A stretch of 64,000 nucleotides of DNA from Gammaproteobacteria bacterium (GCA_024742415.1 JANSYN010000010.1:39251-103250), one strand, 5' to 3'; positions 28,306 to 38,840 are shown, counted from the stretch's first letter. The notes: generated from the letters alone by a model not told the origin. Made by a program: numbers and translations.

Positions 28306-29364
28306 ATGAGCTACAAAGTTATTCAATGGGCGACCGGTGGCGTAGGCCGCGCTGCAATACAGGGTGTGCTGGATCACCCGGAACTGGAACTGGTGGGCTG
28401 CTGGGTGCACAGCGCTGACAAGGTCGGGCGCGATGCGGGCGAACTGGCCGGGCGCAATCCCTGCGGCGTGCTGGCCACGGACGATGTCGATGCGCTGTTG
28501 GCTATGGAGGCCGATTGCATTATGTATGCCCCGGTGATGGCCGACGAGTCCATGGTCGTGCGTATGCTCGACAGCGGCAAGAACGTGGTCACGCCGCTGG
28601 GGTGGTTCTTTGGTAAACACCGGGATTTTTCTGCGGTAGAGGCCGCCTGTGCACGTGGTGGCGTTTCATTGCATGGCACCGGTATTCATCCTGGCGGCGT
28701 GACCGAGCGCTTTCCGCTGATGATCTCGGCCATGTCCAATGCCATTACACATGTGCGTGCGGAGGAATTCTCCGACATTCGCACCTATGGTGCCCCCGAG
28801 GTCATCAGCGAGATCATGCTCTTTGGCAAAACGCCTGAAGAGGCCGCCGAGAGCTTTATGCTCACCCTGCTTGGCGACGGTTTTATGCAGTCTGTGGATA
28901 TGATTGCCCATGAACTTGGCCTGCGTGTCGACCCGCAGCCCGTTGCCACCCACGACATTGCCGTTGCCACGGCACCGATTGCATCGCCTATTGGCGATAT
29001 CGCGCCAGGGCGCGTCGCCGCGCAACGCTTTACCTGGCAGGCAACAGTGGATGGCGTGCCGGTCATTACCGCTATTACCAACTGGTTCATGGGTGAAGAG
29101 CACCTGGATCCGCCGTGGGATTTTGGGCCCGAGGGTGAACGCTTCGAGGTGGAGGTCAGTGGCGACCCCACCTCCATGGTGACCTTTCACGGCTGGCACC
29201 CGGAGTCCATTGCCGCCGGCCTTGAGCGCAACCCGGGTATCGTTGCCACGGCCATGCACGGCGTGAATGCGATTCCTTATGTGTGTGCCGCAGCGCCCGG
29301 TGTAAAGAGCTATCTCGATCTGCCACTGGTTGCGGGCAGGGCTGCGCCGCACCTGCGCGGCTAG
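28306..29364 (+). CDS. NAD(P)H-dependent amine dehydrogenase / DapB-like oxidoreductase
   Basis: VIQWATGGVG Rossmann motif, KVGRDAGEL, SGKNVVT, GIHPGG and ATAMHGVNAIPYVC.AAPG. Confidence 0.8.
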   Translation: MSYKVIQWATGGVGRAAIQGVLDHPELELVGCWVHSADKVGRDAGELAGRNPCGVLATDDVDALLAMEADCIMYAPVMADESMVVRMLDSGKNVVTPLGWFFGKHRDFSAVEAACARGGVSLHGTGIHPGGVTERFPLMISAMSNAITHVRAEEFSDIRTYGAPEVISEIMLFGKTPEEAAESFMLTLLGDGFMQSVDMIAHELGLRVDPQPVATHDIAVATAPIASPIGDIAPGRVAAQRFTWQATVDGVPVITAITNWFMGEEHLDPPWDFGPEGERFEVEVSGDPTSMVTFHGWHPESIAAGLERNPGIVATAMHGVNAIPYVCAAAPGVKSYLDLPLVAGRAAPHLRG

Positions 29365-29385
29365 GCGTGGCGCGCGCACAGCGGC

Positions 29386-30009
29386 TCAGGTGCGCGCGTG
29401 GTCGGCCTCGATTCCGGCAATCAGCCAGCTGATCGTCTGCTCAAACTCGGCAAGGCTGGCGCTGGCGTCAGCCCTTGCGATGACCGCTGAGGTGGCAGGG
29501 GCTTCCCCTGGCGCCGCCCGTGTGCTACGCCTTGCAGTTGCGCGCTGGGCTGACGGGGGCGTCTTCAGCTCCGACAGGGTCAGCGTGATCGTCACGTTGG
29601 CCAGCGTGCGACAGCTGCGCAGTGCCAGCGCCTCGTTAAAGCCGGCGTGGCGCAGCGCTTTGAATAGCGTGTTTACGTAATTGGCGATGGGTGCGCGATG
29701 CTCCGCGGTAATCAGCCGGTAGAGGTCGGGGTGATCGCACAGGGCATTGCGCAGTGTGGCAGCCCAGGCGCTGGCGTTGTGTTGCCAGGTAGCGGCGGGG
29801 TCAAGTTCCAGTGGCAGCGTGGCCAGATGATAGTCCACCAGCTGCGCAATCAGTGCCTCGCGCTTACCGACCTGCTGGTAGAGCGTGCGCGTCGAGCAGC
29901 GCAGGTGGGCGGCCAGGTTGCGCGCTGTCAGCGCCTGGCTGCCGCGGGACTGCAGCAGTTCAAGAGCGGCAAGATAGATGGTTTCGCGGGTGATCAGCGG
30001 CTTGGCCAT
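29386..30009 (-). CDS. TetR/AcrR family transcriptional regulator
   Basis: N-terminal HTH ALTARNLAAHLRCSTRTLYQQVGKREALI; TetR_C-like C-terminus; divergent from the acyl-CoA dehydrogenase operon. Confidence 0.9.
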   Translation of the reverse strand: MAKPLITRETIYLAALELLQSRGSQALTARNLAAHLRCSTRTLYQQVGKREALIAQLVDYHLATLPLELDPAATWQHNASAWAATLRNALCDHPDLYRLITAEHRAPIANYVNTLFKALRHAGFNEALALRSCRTLANVTITLTLSELKTPPSAQRATARRSTRAAPGEAPATSAVIARADASASLAEFEQTISWLIAGIEADHART

Positions 30010-30035
30010 AGAAGAGGGGCGCGGGTTTAACCTTT

Positions 30036-30058
30036 TATAAAAACATCGTTGTTTTATA
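30036..30058. promoter_or_regulatory. AT-rich inverted repeat, candidate operator of the adjacent TetR
   Basis: TATAAAA-N9-TTTTATA 27 bp upstream of the tetR start in the divergent region. Confidence 0.45.
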
Positions 30059-30225
30059 CGCGCGCCTCGCGCACACTGCAAGCGTTGTTGCCTGGAATGA
30101 GCGTGTAAAGGCGCAGCGTGATCCGCACCGCCAGCGCTGCGCGCCCGCCAGCAGCTTTGACGCTACACAACGGTCCCGGCCAACAACCGGGCAACTGACC
30201 ATCCACACCGCAGGAGGCACGCCTT

Positions 30226-31515
30226 ATGTCATGGGATTTTGCAACTGACCCCGAGTTTCAGGAGAAGCTCGACTGGGCCAGGGCGTTTGTGGATGAGCAG
30301 TTGATCCCCCTGGAGCCAATAATGGGAGATTTCACTGAAGCCCAGTGGCATGCGGTGCAAGAGCCGCTGAAGCAGCAAGTAAAGGACCAGGGCCTCTGGG
30401 CCTGTCATCTGGAAAAGGAGCTGGGCGGCCAGGGCTTCGGGCAGCTTGCGCTTGCGCAGATGAACCTGGTGACGGGGCGCTGCCCTTTCGCGCAGGAGAT
30501 TTTCGGCAACATGGCGCCGGATTCAGGTAACTCGGAGCTGCTTGCCGAAGGTGGCACACCCGCGCAGAAAGAGCGCTGGCTGTGGCCCAACCTGCGCGGT
30601 GAGATCCGCTCTGCGTTTGCCATAACCGAGCCGTTCGTGGCGTCCACCGACCCCACACAAATCACGTCCACGGCAGTGCTGGATGGCGACGAGTGGGTGA
30701 TCAACGGCCGCAAGTGGATGATCACCAATGCCTCGCGGGCAGATTTTATTATCTTTATGCTGGTGACCGAGCCGGATGCGCCGGTGTATCAGCGTTGCTC
30801 CATGATTATTGTCGAGAAAGGCACGCCCGGCATGCACATTCCGCGCGACATACCCACCATGCATCATCCGCACAGTGAGTACGGCGCGATCGGCAACCAT
30901 GCCGAGGTGCTGCTGGAAGACGTGCGCGTTCCGAAAGACCACCTGATCGGTGAGCGTGGCCAGGGCTTTGTGTTGTCGCAGGTGCGCCTCGGCCCGGGCA
31001 GAATCCATCATGCGACGCGCTGGCTGGCAGAAGCCGAGCGCGCCTTTGACATGCTGTGTGAGCGCACCAGGTCGCGCACATCCTTCGGCAAGGGGTATGA
31101 AAAGCACCAGCTGATCCAGCAGTACATTGCCGAATCGCGCATTGAGCTGGAAATGGCCAAGCTGCTCACGTTGCGAGCTGCGTGGAAGATGGACGGTGCC
31201 GGGCACCGGGCAGCGCGCGCTGATATTGCCATGGCGAAAGTGAACAACGCCAAGGTGTTGTACAACGTTATCGACCGTGCGTTACAGGTGCATGGCTCAC
31301 TGGGTTACAGCTGTGATATGCCACTGGAGATGATGTATCGCTCGGCGCGGATGGCGCCGCTGGTGGACGGTGCCAATGAAGTGCACCTGGTCACCATTGC
31401 CCGTGAGGAACTCAAACGCTATGAGGCGGTAGAAGGTTGGCCGAGCGAGCACATTCCCAGTCGGCGGGAAGCGTCACTGCGGCGCTTTGCCCACCTGCTG
31501 GAGGCCGGTGCGTGA
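30226..31515 (+). CDS. Acyl-CoA dehydrogenase, ACAD10/11-LvaC-like clade
   Basis: APDSGNSELL, RSAFAITEP, NGRKWMITNA, QVRLGPGRIHH, IDRALQVHG and DGANEVH. AGGAGG RBS. Confidence 0.9.
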   Translation: MSWDFATDPEFQEKLDWARAFVDEQLIPLEPIMGDFTEAQWHAVQEPLKQQVKDQGLWACHLEKELGGQGFGQLALAQMNLVTGRCPFAQEIFGNMAPDSGNSELLAEGGTPAQKERWLWPNLRGEIRSAFAITEPFVASTDPTQITSTAVLDGDEWVINGRKWMITNASRADFIIFMLVTEPDAPVYQRCSMIIVEKGTPGMHIPRDIPTMHHPHSEYGAIGNHAEVLLEDVRVPKDHLIGERGQGFVLSQVRLGPGRIHHATRWLAEAERAFDMLCERTRSRTSFGKGYEKHQLIQQYIAESRIELEMAKLLTLRAAWKMDGAGHRAARADIAMAKVNNAKVLYNVIDRALQVHGSLGYSCDMPLEMMYRSARMAPLVDGANEVHLVTIAREELKRYEAVEGWPSEHIPSRREASLRRFAHLLEAGA

Positions 31516-32534
31516 GCGCAGTGGATTTCGACGAGGCGCGCTTTGCCCATTGGCTGGAGGAACACACCGGTCGTAGCGGCGACATTGAGATCACTGCGAT
31601 CAAGGGCGGTGGGTCCTGTGAGATGTTCGCCCTGCAGCAGGCCCGCGAGCGCTTTGTGGTGCGTCGCGCGCCGCTGGCTGCCGTGTCAGATACCGCGCAT
31701 GACGTTGCGCGCGAATATCGCATCATCGAGACCTTGAGTTCAGGCGATGTGCGCGTTCCCCGTGTACTGGCCTGCTGCGAAGATAGCACCGTACTGGGCG
31801 CGCCTTTTTATGTGATGAATTACATTGACGGTGAAGTCATTCGGCGCGGACTTCCGCAGCGCTACATCGATGCCCCTGACACCCAAGGTCATATTGGCGA
31901 AGACCTGATTGACGCGCTCGTTGAGCTGCACGCGTTTGAATGGCGCGGCACTGCGCTGGCGTCTATGGCAAGGCCAGAGGCTTTCCTGGCACGCCAGGTC
32001 AGCCGCTGGATGGCGCAGCTCGAAACCTATCGCGATCGCGATCTGCCCGGCGTTGACGCAGTCGCGCAGTGGCTGGAGTCCAACCGCCCGGCGCAGGGAG
32101 ACCTGACCGTGATGCACGGTGATTACAAGATCGATAACGCGATGTACAGCAAAACACTGCCGCCGCGCATACTCAGCCTGGTCGATTTCGAGATGACCAC
32201 AGTGGGTGACCCACTCATTGACCTGGCATGGGCGATGATCTTCTGGCCGCAGGAAGGCAATCTCATTGCCATTGCCGCGCCGGGCAGCGCGGGCGGCATG
32301 CACGCCCACTACTGTCAGGACCCGGCGGCCCTCATCGAGCGCTACGCCCGGCGCACGGGCCGTGATATGGCGCACATGCAGTGGTACCACGCCTTCGCTG
32401 CGTGGAAGTTGGGTATAGTGCTCGAAGCATCGTATGCGAAGTTTCGCAGCGGCGCGTCAAAAAACCCCACGCATGAATTTTTTGGGTTTCTGGTGGATCA
32501 ACTGATGGAGCGCGCGCAACGTTTTGCGTGCTAG
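31512..32534 (+). CDS. APH-family phosphotransferase (LvaA-like)
   Basis: HDVAREYR, GAPFYVM, HGDYKIDN, VDFE and GDPLIDLA. GTGA overlap with the ACAD stop. Confidence 0.9.
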   Translation: MSAVDFDEARFAHWLEEHTGRSGDIEITAIKGGGSCEMFALQQARERFVVRRAPLAAVSDTAHDVAREYRIIETLSSGDVRVPRVLACCEDSTVLGAPFYVMNYIDGEVIRRGLPQRYIDAPDTQGHIGEDLIDALVELHAFEWRGTALASMARPEAFLARQVSRWMAQLETYRDRDLPGVDAVAQWLESNRPAQGDLTVMHGDYKIDNAMYSKTLPPRILSLVDFEMTTVGDPLIDLAWAMIFWPQEGNLIAIAAPGSAGGMHAHYCQDPAALIERYARRTGRDMAHMQWYHAFAAWKLGIVLEASYAKFRSGASKNPTHEFFGFLVDQLMERAQRFAC

Positions 32535-32545
32535 AGGACAGGTCA

Positions 32546-33385
32546 ATGGCAGGTGAAAAGTTATTACAGGACAAAACCGCACTGGTGACCGGCGGCGGCA
32601 CCGGGATTGGCAAGGGCTGCGCTGCGGTGCTGGCGGATGCCGGCGCGCGCGTGACGATCTGCGGCCCCGATACGGCTGTGCTGGAGGCCGCTGCAGAAGC
32701 GCTGCGGAATGAGAATCCCGAACGGCAGCTGGTAACGGTGCATTGTGATGTCACCGAGGAAGCGCTTGTCGCCGAGGCGGTGAAGATTGCCGCCAATGGT
32801 GGTGCGCTGGATATCGCTCTGGCCAATGCCGGTACTGGCTTTCCCGGCTCACTGCTGCACCTGGAAAAAGAACACTGGATGGTGCCCATCGGCATCAACC
32901 TGCTGGGTACCGCCTTTACCCTCAAACACGCCGCGCTGAATATGAAAGCGCATGGCGGGGGCTCGATTATCACCATGTCGTCGGTTGCCAGTGAGCGCCA
33001 GACCAAGTACATGGCAGCGTACGGGGTGAGCAAGGCGGCCATTGACGAGTTGACGCGTTCGGCGGCGGCAGAGCTGGGAGAGTTTGGTATTCGTGTCAAC
33101 GGTATTCGTCCTGGCTTCATCCAGACGGATGCGGTAATGGGCAGCACCGGGCAGGACAACATCGACAAGGCCAGGCGTGAAACGGTGCTCGGCAGGCTGG
33201 GCACCGAAGCCGATGTCGCCCGCGCCGCGCTCTATTTTGCCTCGTCCCAATCCGAGTGGGTGACTGGTCAGATGCTGGCCGTGTGCGGGGGCTTCACGCT
33301 CTACCCTGAATCCATGAATTGCGAGGCAATGGCGCGGATGCTGTTTCCCGAACAGATGACGCGTGATTTCGGGCCTGCGCAGTAG
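32546..33385 (+). CDS. Short-chain dehydrogenase/reductase
   Basis: TGGGTGIG, NAG, YGVSK, IRVNGIRPG and VTGQ. Confidence 0.92.
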   Translation: MAGEKLLQDKTALVTGGGTGIGKGCAAVLADAGARVTICGPDTAVLEAAAEALRNENPERQLVTVHCDVTEEALVAEAVKIAANGGALDIALANAGTGFPGSLLHLEKEHWMVPIGINLLGTAFTLKHAALNMKAHGGGSIITMSSVASERQTKYMAAYGVSKAAIDELTRSAAAELGEFGIRVNGIRPGFIQTDAVMGSTGQDNIDKARRETVLGRLGTEADVARAALYFASSQSEWVTGQMLAVCGGFTLYPESMNCEAMARMLFPEQMTRDFGPAQ

Positions 33386-33436
33386 CACGGGAACAAATCC
33401 GGAGCAATCCTGGAACAAAGTACAAGAGGTGATCTT

Positions 33437-34444
33437 ATGGGCTTTCGTTATGTTATGACCGCGCCGGGAGTCGAGCACGTATCGCGCCAGGAGGTCGCCA
33501 CACAGGCACCGGCCGCCGGCGAGGTACAGCTGCGTGTGCGCGCATCCAGCTTGAACTACCACGACCTGGTAACGTTGCTGGGGTTGATTCCCGACATCGC
33601 TTACCCGCGCGTGCCCCTGTCTGACGGCTGTGGCGAAATCGTCGCCGTGGGTGAAGGGGTGACGGGTGTGCAGGTGGGCGACAGGGTTGTCGGGCTGTTC
33701 TATCCACTGTGGCACAGTGGCCGGCCCAGCAGTGCCGGGAAGCGCCTGATACTGGGCGAGAGCACCGACGGTTGCCTGCAGGAATTCCTGAACATCGATG
33801 CGCGCAGTGTCGTGACGGCACCCGCGTCCCTGAACGATGCAGAGGCCGCGACGCTGGTATGCGCGGGGCATACCGCCTGGTACGCGTTGATGGAAGCGTT
33901 TGCGCTGCGGCCTGAGCATACGGTCCTCATTCAGGGCAGCGGTGGGGTTTCCCTGTTTGCCCTGCAGATCGCCAGGGCGGTGGGCGCAACGGTGGTTGCC
34001 ACCTCATCCTCTGACGACAAGCTCGCGCGCCTGGCCGCGCTGGGCGCCGATCACCTGGTCAATTACCGCACGCACCCCAACTGGGAGGAGGAAGTAACGC
34101 GCCTGACCGGTGGAGTGGATGCGGTCATCGATGTTGGCGGAGAGGCGACGCTGGGTCGCTCGGTGGCCTGTGCAAAGATAGACGCCTTTATTGCGGTGAT
34201 CGGCGTGCTCAGTGGTTTTGGCAGCGCGCCGCTGTCGGTGATCGAGGTGATGCAGAAAAACCTCAATGTGCGTGGCATTACCGTCGGCTGTGGCGAATCC
34301 CTTGAGCGCTTCTGTCGCTTCGTTGATGCACACAGCATCAAACCTGTGATCAGCGATACGTATCCGGCGGGGGAGCTCTCAGCGGCACTGGTGCAGATGC
34401 AGGAAGGCAGGCACTTCGGCAAGATCGCGGTACGGGTCGAGTAG
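33437..34444 (+). CDS. Medium-chain (zinc-type) NAD(P)-dependent alcohol dehydrogenase family protein
   Basis: SLNYHD, PLSDGCGE, GSGGVSLFALQ, TSSSDDKL and HFGKIAV. Confidence 0.9.
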   Translation: MGFRYVMTAPGVEHVSRQEVATQAPAAGEVQLRVRASSLNYHDLVTLLGLIPDIAYPRVPLSDGCGEIVAVGEGVTGVQVGDRVVGLFYPLWHSGRPSSAGKRLILGESTDGCLQEFLNIDARSVVTAPASLNDAEAATLVCAGHTAWYALMEAFALRPEHTVLIQGSGGVSLFALQIARAVGATVVATSSSDDKLARLAALGADHLVNYRTHPNWEEEVTRLTGGVDAVIDVGGEATLGRSVACAKIDAFIAVIGVLSGFGSAPLSVIEVMQKNLNVRGITVGCGESLERFCRFVDAHSIKPVISDTYPAGELSAALVQMQEGRHFGKIAVRVE

Positions 34445-35281
34445 TTGGCCCGGATAGACTGGCAGGGAAAAGCCGCGCTGATCACCGGTGCGGCAACGGG
34501 CATTGGTCGCGCGCTCGCGCATGAGCTTGCCCGGCGCGGTGCCTCGGTTTACGTCAGTGCCCTCTCGGTAAGCCAGGCGCAGGGCGTTGTTGATGAGATC
34601 ACCGCGGACGGCGGCAAGGCAGTGGCGCTGGCCCTGGATGTGACCATCAACGCGCAATACGCCAGCGCGATCGAACGCGTGGTTCGCGACTGTGGAAAGC
34701 TCGATGTGCTAATCAATAATGCGGGCCTGGTGTACGTTGGTGAATACCACGAAATGGACGAGGCTTTCCTGGAACAGTTGATACGGGTTAACCACACGGG
34801 TGTTGCCATCGGCACCCTGTACGGCTACCGCCAGATGAAAACACAGGGCCACGGCCTGATTGTCAATGTCGCTTCACAAGGGGGCATTATGCCCGTGGGC
34901 ACCATGGCGGCCTACTCGGGCACCAAGCATGCGGTAGTAGGCTTGACCGCGTCGGTTGCGGGTGAAGCGGAGGCCTTTGGGGTAGCGTTCAAAACCGTGT
35001 GCCCGGGCAATATAACGTCTGAACTGCTGGCCAATGCGGTTACCCGTGGAACGGACGCGCAGGGCGTGCTGGACGTGCTGCCCAGGCCCATGCCGGCCGA
35101 ACGCGCCGCTATCATTATTGTCGACGGGTTTGCGCAAAAGTCGCGCAAGATCTTTGTGCCCTGGTATGCCCGGGCGCTGTACCTGGTCCAGCGCCTGTGG
35201 CCGGAATTTGGCCACAAAGGTGTAGTGCACTCCATCGAGCAGTTTCGCCGCCGGCGCGACGATACGCGCAACCAGCGATGA
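34445..35281 (+). CDS. Short-chain dehydrogenase/reductase
   Basis: TGAATGIG, NNAG, YSGTK and VCPG. The TTG start directly after the upstream TAG is uncertain. Confidence 0.88.
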   Translation: MARIDWQGKAALITGAATGIGRALAHELARRGASVYVSALSVSQAQGVVDEITADGGKAVALALDVTINAQYASAIERVVRDCGKLDVLINNAGLVYVGEYHEMDEAFLEQLIRVNHTGVAIGTLYGYRQMKTQGHGLIVNVASQGGIMPVGTMAAYSGTKHAVVGLTASVAGEAEAFGVAFKTVCPGNITSELLANAVTRGTDAQGVLDVLPRPMPAERAAIIIVDGFAQKSRKIFVPWYARALYLVQRLWPEFGHKGVVHSIEQFRRRRDDTRNQR

Positions 35282-35575
35282 GGCTCGGTGTCTGCCGCAG
35301 GGCTGCCTGTTGCAGTTGTACCGTTGCGATGGTGTTGCAGGCGGCACTTCCAACATTCTATACCTTGGGTCGCTTTAGCGGCCTGCGCGCTTCACTCTGC
35401 GCGTTACGGGCGTTATGCTTCGCCTCGATTCATCCATCCACCTGTAGAACAGGCCATCAGCGCCGCTGGTAATGGCCAGCATAAAGCGCGCCCGCAGCGT
35501 GAGTGTGCCGGGGCGTTCCCTTTGCACAGGTGAGACAGGGGTCGCGGTGATGCATTCGCACGACGGGAGAGCAGC

Positions 35576-37054
35576 ATGACGGGTTCAAGCTCATCGGCAG
35601 CAGGCACGGGGCCGGTTACCGACAACAACACGGCCGCAGACACTGCCGGCATGGAGGCTATCCTCGAGCGCATGCGCGCCGACCAGGTCGCCCAGGGTGT
35701 GCCCAGCGCAGAAGTGCGCATCGCCCGGCTGCAGAAGGTTGTTGATCTGCTGGTGGATCACCAGGATGCCCTGGCCACTGCGCTGGATGAAGACTACGGT
35801 GGCCGTTCGCAGTACCTGACGATCATGTCAGAAGTGATGCAGCCGATTGCGCACCTCAAGGATGCACAGAAAAACCTGCATAAGTGGATGAAAACCGAGA
35901 AGCGCAAACCGCCTTTCCCCATGGGCCTGTTCGGTGCCAGGGCGCAGGTGCGGTACCAGCCCAAAGGGGTAGTGGGCATTATGTCGCCGTGGAACTATCC
36001 CATCGCCATGGTGGTTAATCCGCTGTGCAATGCGCTGGCCGCGGGTAATCGCGCGATGGTCAAGCCGTCAGAGTTCAACCCGCGCACTGCAGCGCTGATG
36101 GAAAGCCTCTTCCACGAGTATTTTCCCGATGGCGAGGTGGTGGTGGTGAATGGCGGGCCTGAAGTGGGCGCGGCGTTTGCCGCCCTGCCGCTGAACCACC
36201 TGTTTTTTACTGGCGCTGGCGGTATTGGCAGCAAAGTGATGGAGGCCGCCGGGCGCAACCTGACGCCGGTTACCCTGGAACTGGGTGGCAAGTCACCCGT
36301 GATCATCGGGCGTTCGGCCAGCGTGGCTGGCGCCGCGATGAAGATTATCACCGGCAAGTGTATGAATTCCGGACAGGCCTGTGTCTCGCCCGACTATGTG
36401 TTTGTGCCCCAGGAGCACGTGGAGGAATTCATAAAGGTATGCCGTGCAACGTTCCTGTCCCAGTACCCCTCGGTGTTAAAGAATCGCGACTACACCGCCG
36501 TGGTGAATGAGCGTCATTACACTCGCATTATGGGCTACCTGCGCGAAGCCGAGGCCCTGGGCGCGCGCCTTGAGAACCTCTCGGCCGAGCCGGTGATTGA
36601 AGGCAATCGCCGCATTCCCCTGCACCTGGTAATTAACCCGGACGAATCACTCAGGCTGATGCAGGAAGAAATTTTTGGCCCCATGATGATCGTCAAGGGC
36701 TACGGCGAGGTGATCGACGTGATTCACTACATCAATGCGCGGCCGACGCCGCTCGCCCTGTATTACTTCGGCAGTGATGAGGCGGAGAAAGAAACCGTGC
36801 TCAATCACACGCTGTCCGGTGGCGTCAGTGTGAATGAGGTGATGCTGCATACGGCCTGTGTGGACATGCCCTTTGGTGGTGTGGGCGCCAGCGGCGTGGG
36901 GAACTACCATGGCCGCGAGGGCTTCAAGACCTTCAGTCACGCGCGCAGTATTTTTACTGATGGCAAGGTGAACCTGGCAAAACTGGCCGGCACACTGCCG
37001 CCGTACCGGCCAGAAAAACTCAAGAAAGTATTTGCCGGACAAATCAAGAAATAG
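35576..37054 (+). CDS. calB: Coniferyl-aldehyde-dehydrogenase-like ALDH
   Basis: QPKGVVGIMSPWNYP, KPSE, FTG, LELGGKSP, GQACV, EEIFGP and PFGGVGASG.GNYHG. Confidence 0.88.
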   Translation: MTGSSSSAAGTGPVTDNNTAADTAGMEAILERMRADQVAQGVPSAEVRIARLQKVVDLLVDHQDALATALDEDYGGRSQYLTIMSEVMQPIAHLKDAQKNLHKWMKTEKRKPPFPMGLFGARAQVRYQPKGVVGIMSPWNYPIAMVVNPLCNALAAGNRAMVKPSEFNPRTAALMESLFHEYFPDGEVVVVNGGPEVGAAFAALPLNHLFFTGAGGIGSKVMEAAGRNLTPVTLELGGKSPVIIGRSASVAGAAMKIITGKCMNSGQACVSPDYVFVPQEHVEEFIKVCRATFLSQYPSVLKNRDYTAVVNERHYTRIMGYLREAEALGARLENLSAEPVIEGNRRIPLHLVINPDESLRLMQEEIFGPMMIVKGYGEVIDVIHYINARPTPLALYYFGSDEAEKETVLNHTLSGGVSVNEVMLHTACVDMPFGGVGASGVGNYHGREGFKTFSHARSIFTDGKVNLAKLAGTLPPYRPEKLKKVFAGQIKK

Positions 37055-37085
37055 ACTCAACAACTATCGACCCAGGAGAAGACAA

Positions 37086-37856
37086 ATGGCGTTCACAGGC
37101 AAGGTGGCATTGGTAACAGGTGGTGGCAGTGGCATGGGACAAACAGCAGCGCGCATGCTGGCAGAGCAGGGCGCCAAGGTTGCGATCTTTGACGTCAACG
37201 AGGCAGGCATGGCGGAAACCGCCGAGGGTTTGCCCAACGTCACGGCCTACGCGGTAGATATCAGCGATACCGATGCCGTGCACGCGGCAGTGGCGCGGGT
37301 GGAGTCCGAGCTTGGCCCGATTGATCGCGTCGCCAATGCGGCGGCCATTATGCCCTTTGGCAAATTGCTGGAGCAGGACCCGAAAGTGCAGTTGAAGCTC
37401 ATGGCAATCAACTACGGTGGGCTGGTCAATATTGCCACGGCAACGCTGCCGGGTATGGTGGCGCGCGGCCAGGGCGACTTTATCAGTTTTTCATCGATGT
37501 CCGGCATCATTCCCGGTTTGCTCATGGGTGGCTACTGCGCCACCAAGGGCGCCGTGCAGATGTACACCGAGATCCTTTACCACGAAAACCGTGATAGTGG
37601 CGTGCGCTTCTGCTGCGTGTGCCCGCCGCCGGTCGCCACGCCCTTGTGGAAGCAGGCGAAGGATACCGTCGTGCCCAAGCTGACCGATGCCAGCGAGGCG
37701 ATTGCCCCGGCCGAGGTGATCGAGGACGTCGAGCGCTGCCTGGACAGCGGCAAGTTCCTGTCTTTCCCGGGCAAGCAAACGCGCATGGGCTACATCATGC
37801 GCCGGCTGTTCCCCAACTACCTGTGGAATTACTCGCATAAAGCAGAGGGCTTCTAG
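37086..37856 (+). CDS. Short-chain dehydrogenase/reductase (paralog of 39900-40673)
   Basis: TGGGSGMG, NAAAIMPFG and YCATK. AGGAGA RBS. Confidence 0.92.
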   Translation: MAFTGKVALVTGGGSGMGQTAARMLAEQGAKVAIFDVNEAGMAETAEGLPNVTAYAVDISDTDAVHAAVARVESELGPIDRVANAAAIMPFGKLLEQDPKVQLKLMAINYGGLVNIATATLPGMVARGQGDFISFSSMSGIIPGLLMGGYCATKGAVQMYTEILYHENRDSGVRFCCVCPPPVATPLWKQAKDTVVPKLTDASEAIAPAEVIEDVERCLDSGKFLSFPGKQTRMGYIMRRLFPNYLWNYSHKAEGF

Positions 37857-37859
37857 TCC

Positions 37860-38840
37860 ATGCACGCCTGGGTCTGCAAAGACCTCAGCGGTGAGGATGG
37901 GCTGGCGTTCGAAGACCAGGGCGAGGTCAGCTGCGGCCCGGGCCAGGTGCTGGTGCGTACCCACTGCGTTGCCCTGAACTTTCCCGACGTGCTCATCACG
38001 CGTGGCAAGTACCAGATGAAGCTGGAGCCACCGTTCGTTCCCGGCAGTGAGTTGGCCGGGGAAGTGATTGCCGTTGGCGAGGGGGTGCTGGACATCGCCC
38101 CAGGCCAGCGGGTGTTAGCCATGACCGGCTTTGGCGCCTTTGCCCAGGAGGTACTGGTCAGTCCGCCGATGCAGCAGGTGATGGTCATTCCGCAAGCCAT
38201 GAGCGATGAAGAAGCCGCCGCCTTCAATATGGTGTACGGCACGGCGATGCACGGCCTTGAACAACGCGGCCAGCTGCGCGAGGGAGAAACCGTCCTGGTG
38301 CTTGGCGCCGCCGGTGGCTGCGGTAGCGCAGCAGTGCAGGTGGCCAAGGCGATGGGCGCAACCGTGATTGCCGGCGCCAGCTCGCCGGAAAAGTGCGCGC
38401 TGGCCAGTGCCTTCGGTGCTGATCACGTTATCAATTACCGCAGCTCAGACCTGCGTGAGGAAACACTGGCGCTCACCAACGGCAAGGGCGTCGACGTGGT
38501 GTTCGACCCGGTAGGCGATGACCTGTTCAAACCTGCGCTGCGCAGCCTGGCCTGGAACGGCCGCTATCTCGTGGTGGGCTTCGCCGGTGGAGAGATTCCC
38601 CAGCTGGGTGTGAACTACACGATCATCAAGTCTGTCTCGGTGGTGGGTGTTGCTTACGGTATGTCGGCCATTGCCGACCCGGCGATGAACGCGGAGAACT
38701 TTGAGCGCCTGTTTGACTGGTATGATGCAGGCCTGCTGAAACCGCACATTGGCGCGCGGTATCCCTGTGCGTCGCTGCCTGATGCCCTGCGCGAGATGTA
38801 TGCCGGGCAGGTGCTGGGTAAAACGATCGTCCACTTCTAG
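37860..38840 (+). CDS. NADPH:quinone oxidoreductase family protein (MDR)
   Basis: LNFPD, PFVPGSE, GAAGGCG, GVDVVFDPVG, GRYLVVGFAGG and GKTIV. Confidence 0.92.
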   Translation: MHAWVCKDLSGEDGLAFEDQGEVSCGPGQVLVRTHCVALNFPDVLITRGKYQMKLEPPFVPGSELAGEVIAVGEGVLDIAPGQRVLAMTGFGAFAQEVLVSPPMQQVMVIPQAMSDEEAAAFNMVYGTAMHGLEQRGQLREGETVLVLGAAGGCGSAAVQVAKAMGATVIAGASSPEKCALASAFGADHVINYRSSDLREETLALTNGKGVDVVFDPVGDDLFKPALRSLAWNGRYLVVGFAGGEIPQLGVNYTIIKSVSVVGVAYGMSAIADPAMNAENFERLFDWYDAGLLKPHIGARYPCASLPDALREMYAGQVLGKTIVHF

